64,000 nucleotides of DNA, from positions 512,136 through 576,135 of the forward strand of contig JBJBDC010000001.1 of the NCBI GenBank assembly GCA_047285535.1, given 5' to 3'. Under the pieces are notes generated by a model. That model was given only the letters and a program-made list of their open reading frames with translations. It did not search any database and was not told the DNA's origin. A program made the translations under genes and the position numbers. Below are positions 8,911 through 18,910 of this stretch, one piece after another (the stretch's first letter is position 1; every line of letters begins with the position of its first letter). Origin of the DNA: Synechococcus sp. GTDB lineage: Bacteria > Cyanobacteriota > Cyanobacteriia > PCC-6307 > Cyanobiaceae.

Positions 8911-11900
8911 TCACCAGGGAGAACCAAGTAATTCAATTCCAGCCCAGAAAAAGGGATTCTTCACACCTCTTTTGATGCGCTGACGTTGAGACTGATCAAG
9001 ATCTTGAAGTAAAGGCTCTCCACCATGTCCAATGACCTCATCACCTTGGAGATAAACAGATCCCAGAGCAAAGATCTGACGCGTGCGTAGTAAAGCTTCT
9101 GCCTTGGAAGCCCCTTCGGCAAGAAAGCGATAAAACTGAACAAAGAAAGCCGATGTCACGACATCATCGACGTACCAAAGTGTGCCAATTGCACTTTGGG
9201 AGCCTGCCTGTAGAGCTAAACCTGCGAATCCCAACTCACTCTCTTGATCTCCAAGCATGGTGCGACAGGCACTGAGGACCACGAGATCAAGGGGATGATT
9301 ACGACGTTGTCGACGTAGTTCCGCAAAATCGGCCATCGACATCGGTCCCTGCCCTGTGTGTAAAACAGATTTTGTTCGACCACCTGGTCGAAAATCGGCA
9401 TGGGTGGCGATGTGGACGCGGGAATAACGCGGATCACTGGCACGATCGAGCAAGGTTTGCGGTGTGAACGCGTCGTCTAGATATCGATCGGTGCTGGAGG
9501 TGTCCTGAATCTTGTTGAGCTCCTGCGGAACCAGGGGAAGAGGGGCCATTGTCTCAAATTCAGAAGCACCCATGGCAAGAAGTCCTTGGGAGCCATTCGA
9601 AGCACTGAGGTCGGTTAGCGCCAAAGAAGGAGAGAGGGCGAAACCATAACGTTCTCCGAAATATTGAGCGCCATCATTTAAAGCTGAGAATGGTACGGCT
9701 TGGAGACCCTGATCGGCTGCAATCAAAAGGGTTGTGATGTCATGTGTGTCCAAACTTGATTGAACCGGAGCAATCAGAAGATCATGCAATTGCCGAGACG
9801 GCGACATAGGGTCGTTGACCTCCAGTGATTCTTGACGGGACAACTGTCGATAGAGATCTTTCAGAAGTTCAGCAAAGCGTGCTCTTGAGATCTCAACACG
9901 CTTGGCCTGAACGACACCTTCAGGAGGAACGAAGGTGAGATCCAGAAATCCCGTTTGAGCATCGGTAAAACGCACCTGCAACACAGCTGGGACCAGGGCT
10001 TTTCTTCCTGGCTGTTGCTGTTGCACTTCACGTAGCGATTGCTGAATCTGCGACACTGATGGAGTTTCCGGAGCAATGCCATTGAGGCTTTCCTCCAGGT
10101 CAAGGGCTGCCACCGTGCGAAGGGTTGCCTGACCATCTGATTCCTGTAGTTGCAGCGCTGCCTGATCTTCTGGGAGTTTCAGCGGAACAGAAGCCCTAGA
10201 CCCCGTTGGGTTCTGAGTTTGGGGGGACACAGCAAGCATCCCACTCGTTTCACCAAAATTGACCACGACGGGAATGGAGTTGTTGGAGGATTCAACACCG
10301 ACAACCTGACCATTGGGCAGGGTAGAACTCTGATCAATAAGAGGGGCTTGGCTTTGGTTCTGCTGGATAGTTTGGAGAAGGGCTACCTCTGCCGATGGAT
10401 CGAATCCAATCAATCGCTGCGAACGATCGTCATCTTGACGGGTCACATCTGAATCCATTTCAGGGGGCGATTCTTTTGTGGGTATTGGTTCAGGTGTGGG
10501 TGTTGGTGTTGAACTACAAAGATTGGATGATCCACCTCCCGAACAAGTTGCAGAAGTAGGCGATGACGACAGCACATCGAGAGAACCCTTTTTTACAAAC
10601 GTCTCACCGGTGTAGGTAATGGTTGCAGATGGGGAGAATTGGAGGGTTCCATCACCTTCTTTGATGAAGTCGCCATTCCCAGAGATGGCAGCATCCCAGG
10701 TGAGAGTTGAGGCTGATCCCCTTACATCGATTGCTCCCCCACCAGAATTCAGCAGGAGTTCAATGTTGTTGACTGCTTCAGTGGCATCACGACGCAATGT
10801 TGCTCCATTAAGAATGATTTGTGGATTGGAGGCACCGCCTATAACTTCAGCTCCACTTGCTTGGTCGAACCAAATGATGCTATCCCCGGTCGCGATGAGA
10901 CGTTGAACGAAGAGCGTCTCTTGAAATCTTGCTGTACCTGGGCCGTTATGAAGTAAATCTCCGAACATGATGGTGCTTTGTCCATCACGAAGATTGATCG
11001 GTCGAGTGAAAAATACATCACCGGAACCTTCCAATGACAAGTCCGAATTAAACGCTGTAGAGGCTGCTAAGACCGATACAGAATTACCAGTCGTCGGATT
11101 GAGATTGAGCTCACCTTGTGTCATGTCAACAGTTGAACTGCCGTTCAGCGTCAACGTTTGCTTCAGTGAATTGTTCCCGGACCAGTTGCGTAGAACGCCA
11201 CCCTCCAACACCACAGGCTCGTCCAAAGTGATGTCGCCACTCAGCTCCAAAGTGGCTCCAGCTTTAACTGTTGTGGGAATGTTGCTTGCTCCTAAAGCGT
11301 TGGAATTGGTCACACGTAGTGCTCCTGATTCGACCGTGACCTCACCAGACCAGCCGGCATTATTCCCCGACATAATCAAACGTCCATGTCCTGATTTGGT
11401 GAGATCACCACTTCCTGATAGCGTCGATGCCAACGCCTGAGAGCCATAAGTAGGTGTTCCGATCTTGGAGTCACCAGTGGAAACATGGAGTGGGCCGTTC
11501 AGGATTAATTGGCTACCGGACGCTCCCTCTACAAAGCCGGCTCCAGCATTAAGATTCAGCCCTCCGCTACCCGTAGTGATATCAGAGCTGAGTTGGATAT
11601 ACCCTGATGCATCAAGCGTAAGCACGGTTGTTGCTGTGGAGTAATTGAGATCGGCACCCGATGCCCAAGTGATGTTGCCGCCTTGTGTGGGATCTCCATT
11701 TCCCGTAAGAACGCGAACATTATTTCCATCATCCACAAGTGATTGTTTCAACGCTTGCTCATCAACCGTTGATGCGCTGACTGTCGAAGTAAACAGCACA
11801 TTGCTATTGCTACTGCCACTTGGATCAGCAGTGATTGTTCCCGTGACGTTGCTGATCGTGATATTAAATGGATCCAATAACCACTCACCTGCCAGCCCAC

Positions 11901-12924
11901 CTACCGAGCTGACATCCACCCGCTCAGGATTGGCAATGAGCATTGCTCCAGAGGTTTCAACCCGCCCACCATCACCCCCTAGCGGCCCACCCATCGCAAG
12001 GAATGTGCCTTCTGCGACTGTGCCGCCAGACGCGTGATCCAGATCACTCCAGATCACAATTGTGCCGCCATTCCCTTGTCCGGTCGAGGAGGCATTCACC
12101 AAGGAACCAGGCTGCATCCACGTTTGCAAGGCCTGACGCACCGTTTGGTCACTGTTTTGCCAGCTTCCGCCAATGAGGACCTCCCCACCATTCTCCCGAC
12201 CCGTGGCCAACAGCCGGGTCTCGGCACCTACCTTGATCAGATCCGCAGACAGTGCAATCGAACCTCCATCACCGAAGTCATTGCTTGCGGATAACTGACT
12301 GGCTTTGATGTCGATGCGCCCTTCCGGTGCATCGATCAGTAAACTCTCCTCCACATCAAGATCAATACCCTCCATACGAATCCAGGGTCGATCGTCTCCA
12401 TTTCGAGAGCCATGGAGTCCAAGACTTCCAGAGAGTGGATCACTATCCAAGGAAGAAAGGCCAGCCTGATGTGTCTTGAATACATCGAAAACCCCACCGG
12501 GGAAATGAAGTTCACTAGCCGTGCTTAAGGTCAGTTGAGGAATTTGCAGAAACCTGGCACCGGGCATCATCTGAATGCCACCCGGTGAAAGCACAAATAA
12601 ATGGGACGGTGCAGTGAGTGAAATTGCTTTGTCAATGAAACTGCCCTCAGCAGCGGTGACACCCAACACAAGATTCTGAATGCCATCGCTCTGAATCTCT
12701 ACACCACGAATAGCTCCGCGGGTGTCGAAGTGACTCAGCCGGTGAAAGCGATTACGTCCTGAATCAATTCCGCCATCAAGATGGCATACCCCGGTCTTGC
12801 AACTCCCCCCCATGACCCCATTAACTCGGGTCTGAAGCCCTGGCCCTGCCTTCACCTCAGCACGAACATTGCCGGCCTGGATCGACGCCAACAACAAAAG
12901 CAATGGCAGTCGTAGCCTTTTCAT
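8911..12924 (-). CDS. TpsA / filamentous-haemagglutinin-like exoprotein with C-terminal CHAT (caspase HetF-associated) protease domain
   Basis: Signal peptide; TPS-like domain (NRFHRLSHFD, LFVLSPGGI); GNGGTIVIWSD / GGRVETSG / WLLDP; PATR-like repeats (LTKSGHGRLIMSG, FIKEGDGTL); PT linker; CHAT motifs VPFSAL, HIATHA, LVVLSAC, GTLWYVDD, PFFWA. Confidence 0.88.
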   Translation of the reverse strand: MKRLRLPLLLLLASIQAGNVRAEVKAGPGLQTRVNGVMGGSCKTGVCHLDGGIDSGRNRFHRLSHFDTRGAIRGVEIQSDGIQNLVLGVTAAEGSFIDKAISLTAPSHLFVLSPGGIQMMPGARFLQIPQLTLSTASELHFPGGVFDVFKTHQAGLSSLDSDPLSGSLGLHGSRNGDDRPWIRMEGIDLDVEESLLIDAPEGRIDIKASQLSASNDFGDGGSIALSADLIKVGAETRLLATGRENGGEVLIGGSWQNSDQTVRQALQTWMQPGSLVNASSTGQGNGGTIVIWSDLDHASGGTVAEGTFLAMGGPLGGDGGRVETSGAMLIANPERVDVSSVGGLAGEWLLDPFNITISNVTGTITADPSGSSNSNVLFTSTVSASTVDEQALKQSLVDDGNNVRVLTGNGDPTQGGNITWASGADLNYSTATTVLTLDASGYIQLSSDITTGSGGLNLNAGAGFVEGASGSQLILNGPLHVSTGDSKIGTPTYGSQALASTLSGSGDLTKSGHGRLIMSGNNAGWSGEVTVESGALRVTNSNALGASNIPTTVKAGATLELSGDITLDEPVVLEGGVLRNWSGNNSLKQTLTLNGSSTVDMTQGELNLNPTTGNSVSVLAASTAFNSDLSLEGSGDVFFTRPINLRDGQSTIMFGDLLHNGPGTARFQETLFVQRLIATGDSIIWFDQASGAEVIGGASNPQIILNGATLRRDATEAVNNIELLLNSGGGAIDVRGSASTLTWDAAISGNGDFIKEGDGTLQFSPSATITYTGETFVKKGSLDVLSSSPTSATCSGGGSSNLCSSTPTPTPEPIPTKESPPEMDSDVTRQDDDRSQRLIGFDPSAEVALLQTIQQNQSQAPLIDQSSTLPNGQVVGVESSNNSIPVVVNFGETSGMLAVSPQTQNPTGSRASVPLKLPEDQAALQLQESDGQATLRTVAALDLEESLNGIAPETPSVSQIQQSLREVQQQQPGRKALVPAVLQVRFTDAQTGFLDLTFVPPEGVVQAKRVEISRARFAELLKDLYRQLSRQESLEVNDPMSPSRQLHDLLIAPVQSSLDTHDITTLLIAADQGLQAVPFSALNDGAQYFGERYGFALSPSLALTDLSASNGSQGLLAMGASEFETMAPLPLVPQELNKIQDTSSTDRYLDDAFTPQTLLDRASDPRYSRVHIATHADFRPGGRTKSVLHTGQGPMSMADFAELRRQRRNHPLDLVVLSACRTMLGDQESELGFAGLALQAGSQSAIGTLWYVDDVVTSAFFVQFYRFLAEGASKAEALLRTRQIFALGSVYLQGDEVIGHGGEPLLQDLDQSQRQRIKRGVKNPFFWAGIELLGSPW

Positions 12925-13035
12925 TAAGGCACCAAATCAAACATAGGAGATGCATTTCAAATAAACAGCACTTAACCCTAGGCATGCTTCTCCAGACTTA
13001 CTAATCTTCGCGTGCATTAATCGTTCCACGCCTTC

Positions 13036-14712
13036 ATGCTGCTGCTTTTGGCGCAGTTGGTTGCTCCGCCACTGCAGCCCGGTCCCGTTCGTATCCCGGA
13101 ACCAGTTCCAAAAGAGCAGTTTCCGTCTCCTCCTGTTGACCAGGTTCCTCTTGATCCAGAATCACTTCAGTTGCCTCTCAAAGCCCAGCCTTCAAAACAA
13201 AAGGGGGGACCGACAGCTCCTTGGCGACCAACGATCGAAGGATCCGCTCCCTACAGCTCCGATGAACTTTCAGATATTCTCAGCATCTGTTCTAAGAGCA
13301 GTTCAGCCCTCCGTCTGCAGAGCTGCGCTGAAGCGATCACAGCACGTTTACAACTTGACGGCTACGTCAACTCACGGGTTTTTGTGGAGGAGGAACCGTC
13401 CCCTGGTCGTCTTGTGGTGGTGACGGGTCGATTGGTTGAACTCCAGGTCGAGGCGAGCACTCCTTCTCTAGAACAACGTGTTCGAGCAGCTCTGTCCAAC
13501 CTTATTCAGGAGCCATTACAACTTCCAGTACTGCAATCACGACTTCGCCAACTCAAACAGCAGAATGTGGTAGGCAGCATTTCCGGAACTCTGGGGAAGT
13601 TGGGAAGCGATCCCACTCAAGGTGTGCTTCGTATCACTGTCACCGCACCGATGCATCCATGGCGGGGCGATCTCAGTTTGCGTAATGATGGCAATGCTGG
13701 GAGTGGTGAATGGCGAGCCATAACGATTTTGCAAAAACAGAATATTTTTACCGATGGTGATCTGTTGCAACTTTATGGAGAAGGGAATGTGGATAGTGAC
13801 CCTGAATTTGGTGCAGCTATTGGCTCGCTCAGCTATACCTTTCCTCTTGCCAGCAATGTCAACTTCACTGGTTCGTTTGGAGCCAGTCGCCGCAATTTTG
13901 TAGAAGTCAGTGGACTGGCCCATGGCTTGAGCTTTCGTCAATACCAAGGGCTAGGCCAACTTCAATGGACCTTTGCAGAAAATGTTCACCACTCTTGCTA
14001 CGCCTTTGCGGGACTCAGCTCGAATCACAAAAATAGCTATCTCAATGATCAATCCTTTCCTCTGATCATTGGTGGCGGTCTTGATGGTGATCTCACAACC
14101 GGCTATCTACGCTTCGGGCTCGGTAATGCAGGACGATATGGCTCTTGGTCGTGGTCTGGACAGGTTTATGGTCTCCAGGGCCTTGCCGGTTTCAGCACAT
14201 CCGATGAGTTAAGCAATTTGGCCTTTTTTGGTGTGAATCCAGGCGAGTCAAGGGCTCTCGGCGGAATCATGACAAATGGATGGTCCCTAAGCAGAACCCT
14301 TCAACTCTCCTTGAGGGTTGCTGGACAGATTTCCTTCAATGAACTCACTAATGATATGGGTTTTTCCCTGGGCAGTGATACAGGACTCCGTGGTTTACCG
14401 GGGTCGTTGATCAGCGGAGACGATGGCTGGCTCGCAAATACTGAATTCAGCTGGACCTTTTGGCAAAAGGATCAGAACGCCTTGCAATTAGTGCCTTTTT
14501 TGGGCATCGGAGGCATCTCTACTCGAAGGGACGACATCACCATTTCGGACACGATCGGTTCAGGAGGAATGTTGCTCCGATGGCTCAATGGACAACATTG
14601 GAATGTTGAGCTCGGCTGGATAGACCAGTTCAATGCAGAAAACAACATTGGCGTATGGAACGACTGGATTCTCGGCAGCGGGCTTTATGGGAAGGTGAGT
14701 TTTCGTTTCTAA
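13036..14712 (+). CDS. TpsB (ShlB/FhaC/HecB-family) two-partner secretion outer-membrane transporter
   Basis: POTRA-like GYVNSRV, amphipathic beta-strands, loop motif LRGL (VRGY-like), C-terminal Phe. Divergent from the TpsA gene. Confidence 0.8.
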   Translation: MLLLLAQLVAPPLQPGPVRIPEPVPKEQFPSPPVDQVPLDPESLQLPLKAQPSKQKGGPTAPWRPTIEGSAPYSSDELSDILSICSKSSSALRLQSCAEAITARLQLDGYVNSRVFVEEEPSPGRLVVVTGRLVELQVEASTPSLEQRVRAALSNLIQEPLQLPVLQSRLRQLKQQNVVGSISGTLGKLGSDPTQGVLRITVTAPMHPWRGDLSLRNDGNAGSGEWRAITILQKQNIFTDGDLLQLYGEGNVDSDPEFGAAIGSLSYTFPLASNVNFTGSFGASRRNFVEVSGLAHGLSFRQYQGLGQLQWTFAENVHHSCYAFAGLSSNHKNSYLNDQSFPLIIGGGLDGDLTTGYLRFGLGNAGRYGSWSWSGQVYGLQGLAGFSTSDELSNLAFFGVNPGESRALGGIMTNGWSLSRTLQLSLRVAGQISFNELTNDMGFSLGSDTGLRGLPGSLISGDDGWLANTEFSWTFWQKDQNALQLVPFLGIGGISTRRDDITISDTIGSGGMLLRWLNGQHWNVELGWIDQFNAENNIGVWNDWILGSGLYGKVSFRF

Positions 14713-14735
14713 CCTCTGTTTCGCAAGAAGATTGT

Positions 14736-15428
14736 TTAGTCGAGCAGTCCACGCTTCTGGAGCGGCTGTAGATCCACAATGCGCAAACCACCATTTTCTT
14801 CGACAATGACCTTTCTCTGGCGAAGCTTGCTAAGGGTGCGGGACGCCGTTTCCCGTGCAAGACCAGCCAGTAATGCGAGCTCTCTCTGAGCAAGGGAGGG
14901 AATCAAAGCCTGAGGGTCACTTGCTGGACCGGAACTTTTCTTGGCGAGATAGGCCAAAGCATCCAGAAGACGGGATGTGGCATCACCACTCTGAAGAGCG
15001 AATCTTCGATTGAGATCACGTAAACGCTCAGCCTCTAAGCGAGCAAGCCTTAGTGCAAATCCAGCTTGTTTATTTAGAAGCGCAGCAAAGGGTGCCACCC
15101 GAAGCTTGACCAATTTCAATGATGTCAGCGCGACCACATCAGCTGAACGTGCCGAGCCATCGAGGGCTGCCATCTCTCCAAAAAGATCCCCCTCTCCGAG
15201 CAACGACATCACGATCTCTTCACCATCAGCGGTGTAGGTACGCACCTTAGCCAGGCCGGACCGCAATAAAAACAAAGATTCGCCCCAGTCCTGTTCCATC
15301 ACAATCACCTGATCGGGATGATGACCAGTTTCACGATGCCGATCAAGAATCTGATCCAGCTGATCATTCGTAAGGTCCTCGAATAAGGTCATGGACTGAA
15401 GTTCATCGCGCATTGCAGGAGATGTCAT
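14736..15428 (-). CDS. crp: Crp/Fnr-family regulator, cAMP receptor protein-like
   Basis: cNMP pocket FGEMAAL...RSADV. HTH GLARETASR keeps the R-E-x3-R DNA-contact residues of CRP. Confidence 0.85.
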   Translation of the reverse strand: MTSPAMRDELQSMTLFEDLTNDQLDQILDRHRETGHHPDQVIVMEQDWGESLFLLRSGLAKVRTYTADGEEIVMSLLGEGDLFGEMAALDGSARSADVVALTSLKLVKLRVAPFAALLNKQAGFALRLARLEAERLRDLNRRFALQSGDATSRLLDALAYLAKKSSGPASDPQALIPSLAQRELALLAGLARETASRTLSKLRQRKVIVEENGGLRIVDLQPLQKRGLLD

Positions 15429-16288
15429 AAATTAAACAAAACAAGATGCCCCATTCAGATCAACTTGTTGAGGGGTTGCAACATTTAATCCAAAAGGAGA
15501 GAAGAACGCAAACACCCTTCACCCTTTGATCGTTCTTGCACAATCGATTCCCTTACCCCAGTCAAGCTAACAGACATGATCAAAGCCCCTTCTAATCCAT
15601 GATTGGATGAATCATCGTTCAAATAACATCACCACTCCAAATAGCCTTTCTTTTAACGCATCCTTCATTTCGCCCTTGCATTCGTTCAGGACAGAAAAGG
15701 TTCTGACGCCAGAGCCATTGAAAATTGAACCAGACAGCGTTATCTTGAAAATTGGATAATACGAGTTATTGTAAGTTGTGAGATGCGAACACGAATTAGA
15801 ATCTTATCTGTACGACCTATAATGCTAATCATGATGGTATTTGTGAAAACTTTATCTGGATCTTCTGCATGGAAAAAAATAAGTTCAAAATTAGATCTGA
15901 AAAGATAGCCTCAACACCGTGATCCGCTCACTATGAATCCTCATTGTCGATCCTTTAGGGATCTGTAAGTAGCGACGAGGGGATCGCCTCCCCCGATCTA
16001 TGCTTCTTTCGTTTGCAATCTCTGTTATCGCTGAAGAGCTATGTGATTTATTGCCAGTCCATTTAATTATTCCTAGTTCTTATTTATTGGTCTTTGCTGT
16101 TTTGAGGCGAAAGTATCAAGTACTAGTTCTAAAGTTTCATAGTTGTACGAAATCTTTCTGCTCAACCGCGCAGAGGTGCAAATTTCAATTCTCTTAAAGC
16201 TGGGAATCAAGATGATTGGTTCCTGGGAGATGCGTATCAACCGAAGAAATGGCAATCTGCTGAAACTGTTCCTTATCGCGATCAGACC

Positions 16289-17032
16289 ATGCAGCGTCCA
16301 TGGCATTCTGTGTTGATTGATGATTGCGGTGAGTCCTTGCGCCCTCTGCAATCGTTTGTGACTTGCATGGAGCCACATCCCTATCTGTATTTGGGAGCGC
16401 CCTACGGGGAGGGCGCTAATCCATTTTGTCTTCGCCAAGGCGTGAGAAGCCGCTTGCTTGCTGCTCAGCTTCATCTCAATGCTTTAACGACCAGGCACGG
16501 ATGTCAGCCACTTCGTTTGGCTATTTTTGATGCTTGGCGTCCATTGCCAGTTCAGGCCTTCATGGTGGATTACGCCATTGAGCAGGAGTGTTTACGTCAG
16601 GGCATTAACCCTGATGCTTCTGATCAAAGGGATTGTCTTGAGAGAGTTCGTGCCGAGGTGTCCTGTTTTTGGGCTCCACCTTGTTCTGACTTGGACACCC
16701 CGCCGCCACATAGCACGGGTGCAGCTGTTGACCTCACGCTCATGGATGCGAAAGGGTGTCGATTGGAGATGGGTGGTGAGATCGATGCCATTGGACCTGA
16801 ATCTCTTCCAAATCATCATGCTGATGCAGGATCAGAGAATCCTGGTGGGAAGGCCGCTTTATTTCACAGCAGGCGTTGCTTGCTGCATCGTGTGATGAGG
16901 CAAGCTGGATTTATTCGTCATCCCAATGAATGGTGGCACTTTAGCTTCGGTGACCAGCTTTGGGCGTGGACTGTTAATGCAGACCATGCCATTTATGGGC
17001 GTGACCAACGTTTATTTAGCTTGAAACCTTAA
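16289..17032 (+). CDS. D-alanyl-D-alanine dipeptidase (M15/VanX-like)
   Basis: IFDAWRP, PPHSTGAAVDLTL, EWWHFS zinc-peptidase motifs. Confidence 0.85.
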   Translation: MQRPWHSVLIDDCGESLRPLQSFVTCMEPHPYLYLGAPYGEGANPFCLRQGVRSRLLAAQLHLNALTTRHGCQPLRLAIFDAWRPLPVQAFMVDYAIEQECLRQGINPDASDQRDCLERVRAEVSCFWAPPCSDLDTPPPHSTGAAVDLTLMDAKGCRLEMGGEIDAIGPESLPNHHADAGSENPGGKAALFHSRRCLLHRVMRQAGFIRHPNEWWHFSFGDQLWAWTVNADHAIYGRDQRLFSLKP

Positions 17033-18890
17033 GCATCCCTTGAACTGTTTCATCACCAAGTCGGGTGATGTGCTCACCGAAGCCGCGACGGCCGCCAGCC
17101 TCTTTCCAGCTGCGGAGCAATGGCTCGATCGTGGTTTCAAGATCTTCGAGGGGCATCTTTTGTAGGAATGGTCTGGCCAGTCGCTGAAGATTCGCACTGC
17201 CGCCCAACCAAAGCTGATATTGGTTTACTCCACTACCAACGAGCGCTAGTTCTGCCATGTACGGGCGAGCACAACCATTTGGACATCCGGTCATACGGAT
17301 CAGGATTGGTTTGTTGATCTCTAAGTTATGCAGCTGCAAATCCAGTCGTTCCAGAATATTGGGCAGAACTCGTTCTGACTCGGTAATGGCAAGTCCGCAG
17401 GTTGGTAAAGCTGGACAGGCAATGGCATGGCGTGCAAGGGGTGCTACTTCGGCAGGAAGTTTAAATCCCAATTCCGCAAGATCGTTTTTTATAGAAGTCT
17501 TTTGGTTGGTTCCAATGTTACACAAAAGCAAATCTTGGTTGGGTGTAAGGCGAACTTCTAATTGATATCTTTCAATGATTTCTCGCAGGCCTTTTTTTGT
17601 GTTTCCTTCTAATCGACCACACACAAATGGTAGTCCAACAAACCACATTCCCGCCTTTTGTCGGTGCCATCCCAAGTAATCCATTAATTTTGCTGGTGCT
17701 TCATTGCGCAAACTTTGAAGTTTCCCTTTGAAATAGTCCTTGGACAAAGTCTGGCGGAACCAGGAGATTCCACGTTTATGAAGTAAGTATTTCATGCGAG
17801 CATGCTTCCTGATTTCGCGGTCTCCATGGTCTCTTTGCAAGGCCATGATTGACTGCAGGAGGTCTAGAATGTCATCACCTTGGATGTAACCTAAGGGGTC
17901 TGCTAAGCGCGCAAAAGTATCATCTTGATTGTGTGTTCTCCCCATTCCTCCTCCAACATAAACGTTGCAGCCACGAATGGAACCATTTTTATTGGTAAAC
18001 AATACTAGGCCGATATCTTGAGTGAGAAGATCGACCGAATTGTCTCCAGGTACGGTTACTGCAACTTTAAATTTTCTGGGAAGGTACGTGTCACCGTAAA
18101 TAGGTTCATCATGGCTTCCTGAGAAAACACCATCATCAAGCTGTCGACTACGGGCTAGCTTGACTGGTTTTGAGGGCTTGAATCGATAACTAAGGTCACC
18201 ATTGACCCACATGTCTAAGTAGGAACCTTCTGCTGCTTTTGGACTGAGTAAATCCGCTATGTCATCAGCGAGTTTTCTGGCAGCGGGATATCCATGATTT
18301 TCGAATGGTGCTGCCGGAGCCATAACATTTCTATTGATATCACCGCAAGCCGCTAAAGTTGATCCCAGATTTTCGATGATGGAGCTAATTACGGTTTTTA
18401 GGTCAGCCTTCGGAATGCCATGCATCTGAAATGCTTGCCGAGTTGTTATGCGTAATGTTCCGTTCCCATATTGATCAGAGAGATCATCAAGAGCTGAAAA
18501 TAGTTGTGCTGGTACTCGACCTCCTGGATTCCTAAGGCGTAGCATCATTTGCCAGCATTTTACTTTGTCGATTTTTCTTAATTCCCGATGATTTTGTTGA
18601 TAGCTCCCATGAAACTTCAGTAATTGAACCGCGTCCTCACTGAATCGGATCTCTTCATTGCCTAGTTCAGTCTGTAATGGTTCTCGTAGATGTCCGCTAT
18701 AAAGCTTTCTCTTCTCAGCCTTAGATAACGCGGTATCAATCGATTCAGTAGGTGTTGTAGGCCCATCCAGCCCCTGAACGTGGCCTGCCTCTTTCGTTCC
18801 TGAGGTGGTCGTCAAACCTTTGTTCACGGATTCAAAGGATAGGTCTTTTGAAACTAGCGAAGCGGCTTCCAATACAGTCAATACAGTCAA
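17016..18890 (-). CDS. sir: Ferredoxin-dependent sulfite reductase (true start probably downstream of 18890)
   Basis: LKFHGSYQQ, TTRQAFQ, YLPRKFK, CPALPTC and GCPNGC siroheme/4Fe-4S ligands. Confidence 0.92.
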   Translation of the reverse strand: MTVLTVLEAASLVSKDLSFESVNKGLTTTSGTKEAGHVQGLDGPTTPTESIDTALSKAEKRKLYSGHLREPLQTELGNEEIRFSEDAVQLLKFHGSYQQNHRELRKIDKVKCWQMMLRLRNPGGRVPAQLFSALDDLSDQYGNGTLRITTRQAFQMHGIPKADLKTVISSIIENLGSTLAACGDINRNVMAPAAPFENHGYPAARKLADDIADLLSPKAAEGSYLDMWVNGDLSYRFKPSKPVKLARSRQLDDGVFSGSHDEPIYGDTYLPRKFKVAVTVPGDNSVDLLTQDIGLVLFTNKNGSIRGCNVYVGGGMGRTHNQDDTFARLADPLGYIQGDDILDLLQSIMALQRDHGDREIRKHARMKYLLHKRGISWFRQTLSKDYFKGKLQSLRNEAPAKLMDYLGWHRQKAGMWFVGLPFVCGRLEGNTKKGLREIIERYQLEVRLTPNQDLLLCNIGTNQKTSIKNDLAELGFKLPAEVAPLARHAIACPALPTCGLAITESERVLPNILERLDLQLHNLEINKPILIRMTGCPNGCARPYMAELALVGSGVNQYQLWLGGSANLQRLARPFLQKMPLEDLETTIEPLLRSWKEAGGRRGFGEHITRLGDETVQGMLKVSS

Positions 18891-18910
18891 GACCTACATA
18901 GTTAATCGGC

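Noticed and set aside
8911..10000. CHAT gene as part of a CRISPR type III-E or other anti-phage caspase system
   Set aside because: No CRISPR array, cas genes, TPRs or gasdermin-like neighbour seen, and the protein has export signals.
15775..15935. TGTGA and CGTGA..TCACT half-sites as a CRP autoregulatory site
   Set aside because: The second half-site is missing, or the spacer is 5 rather than 6.
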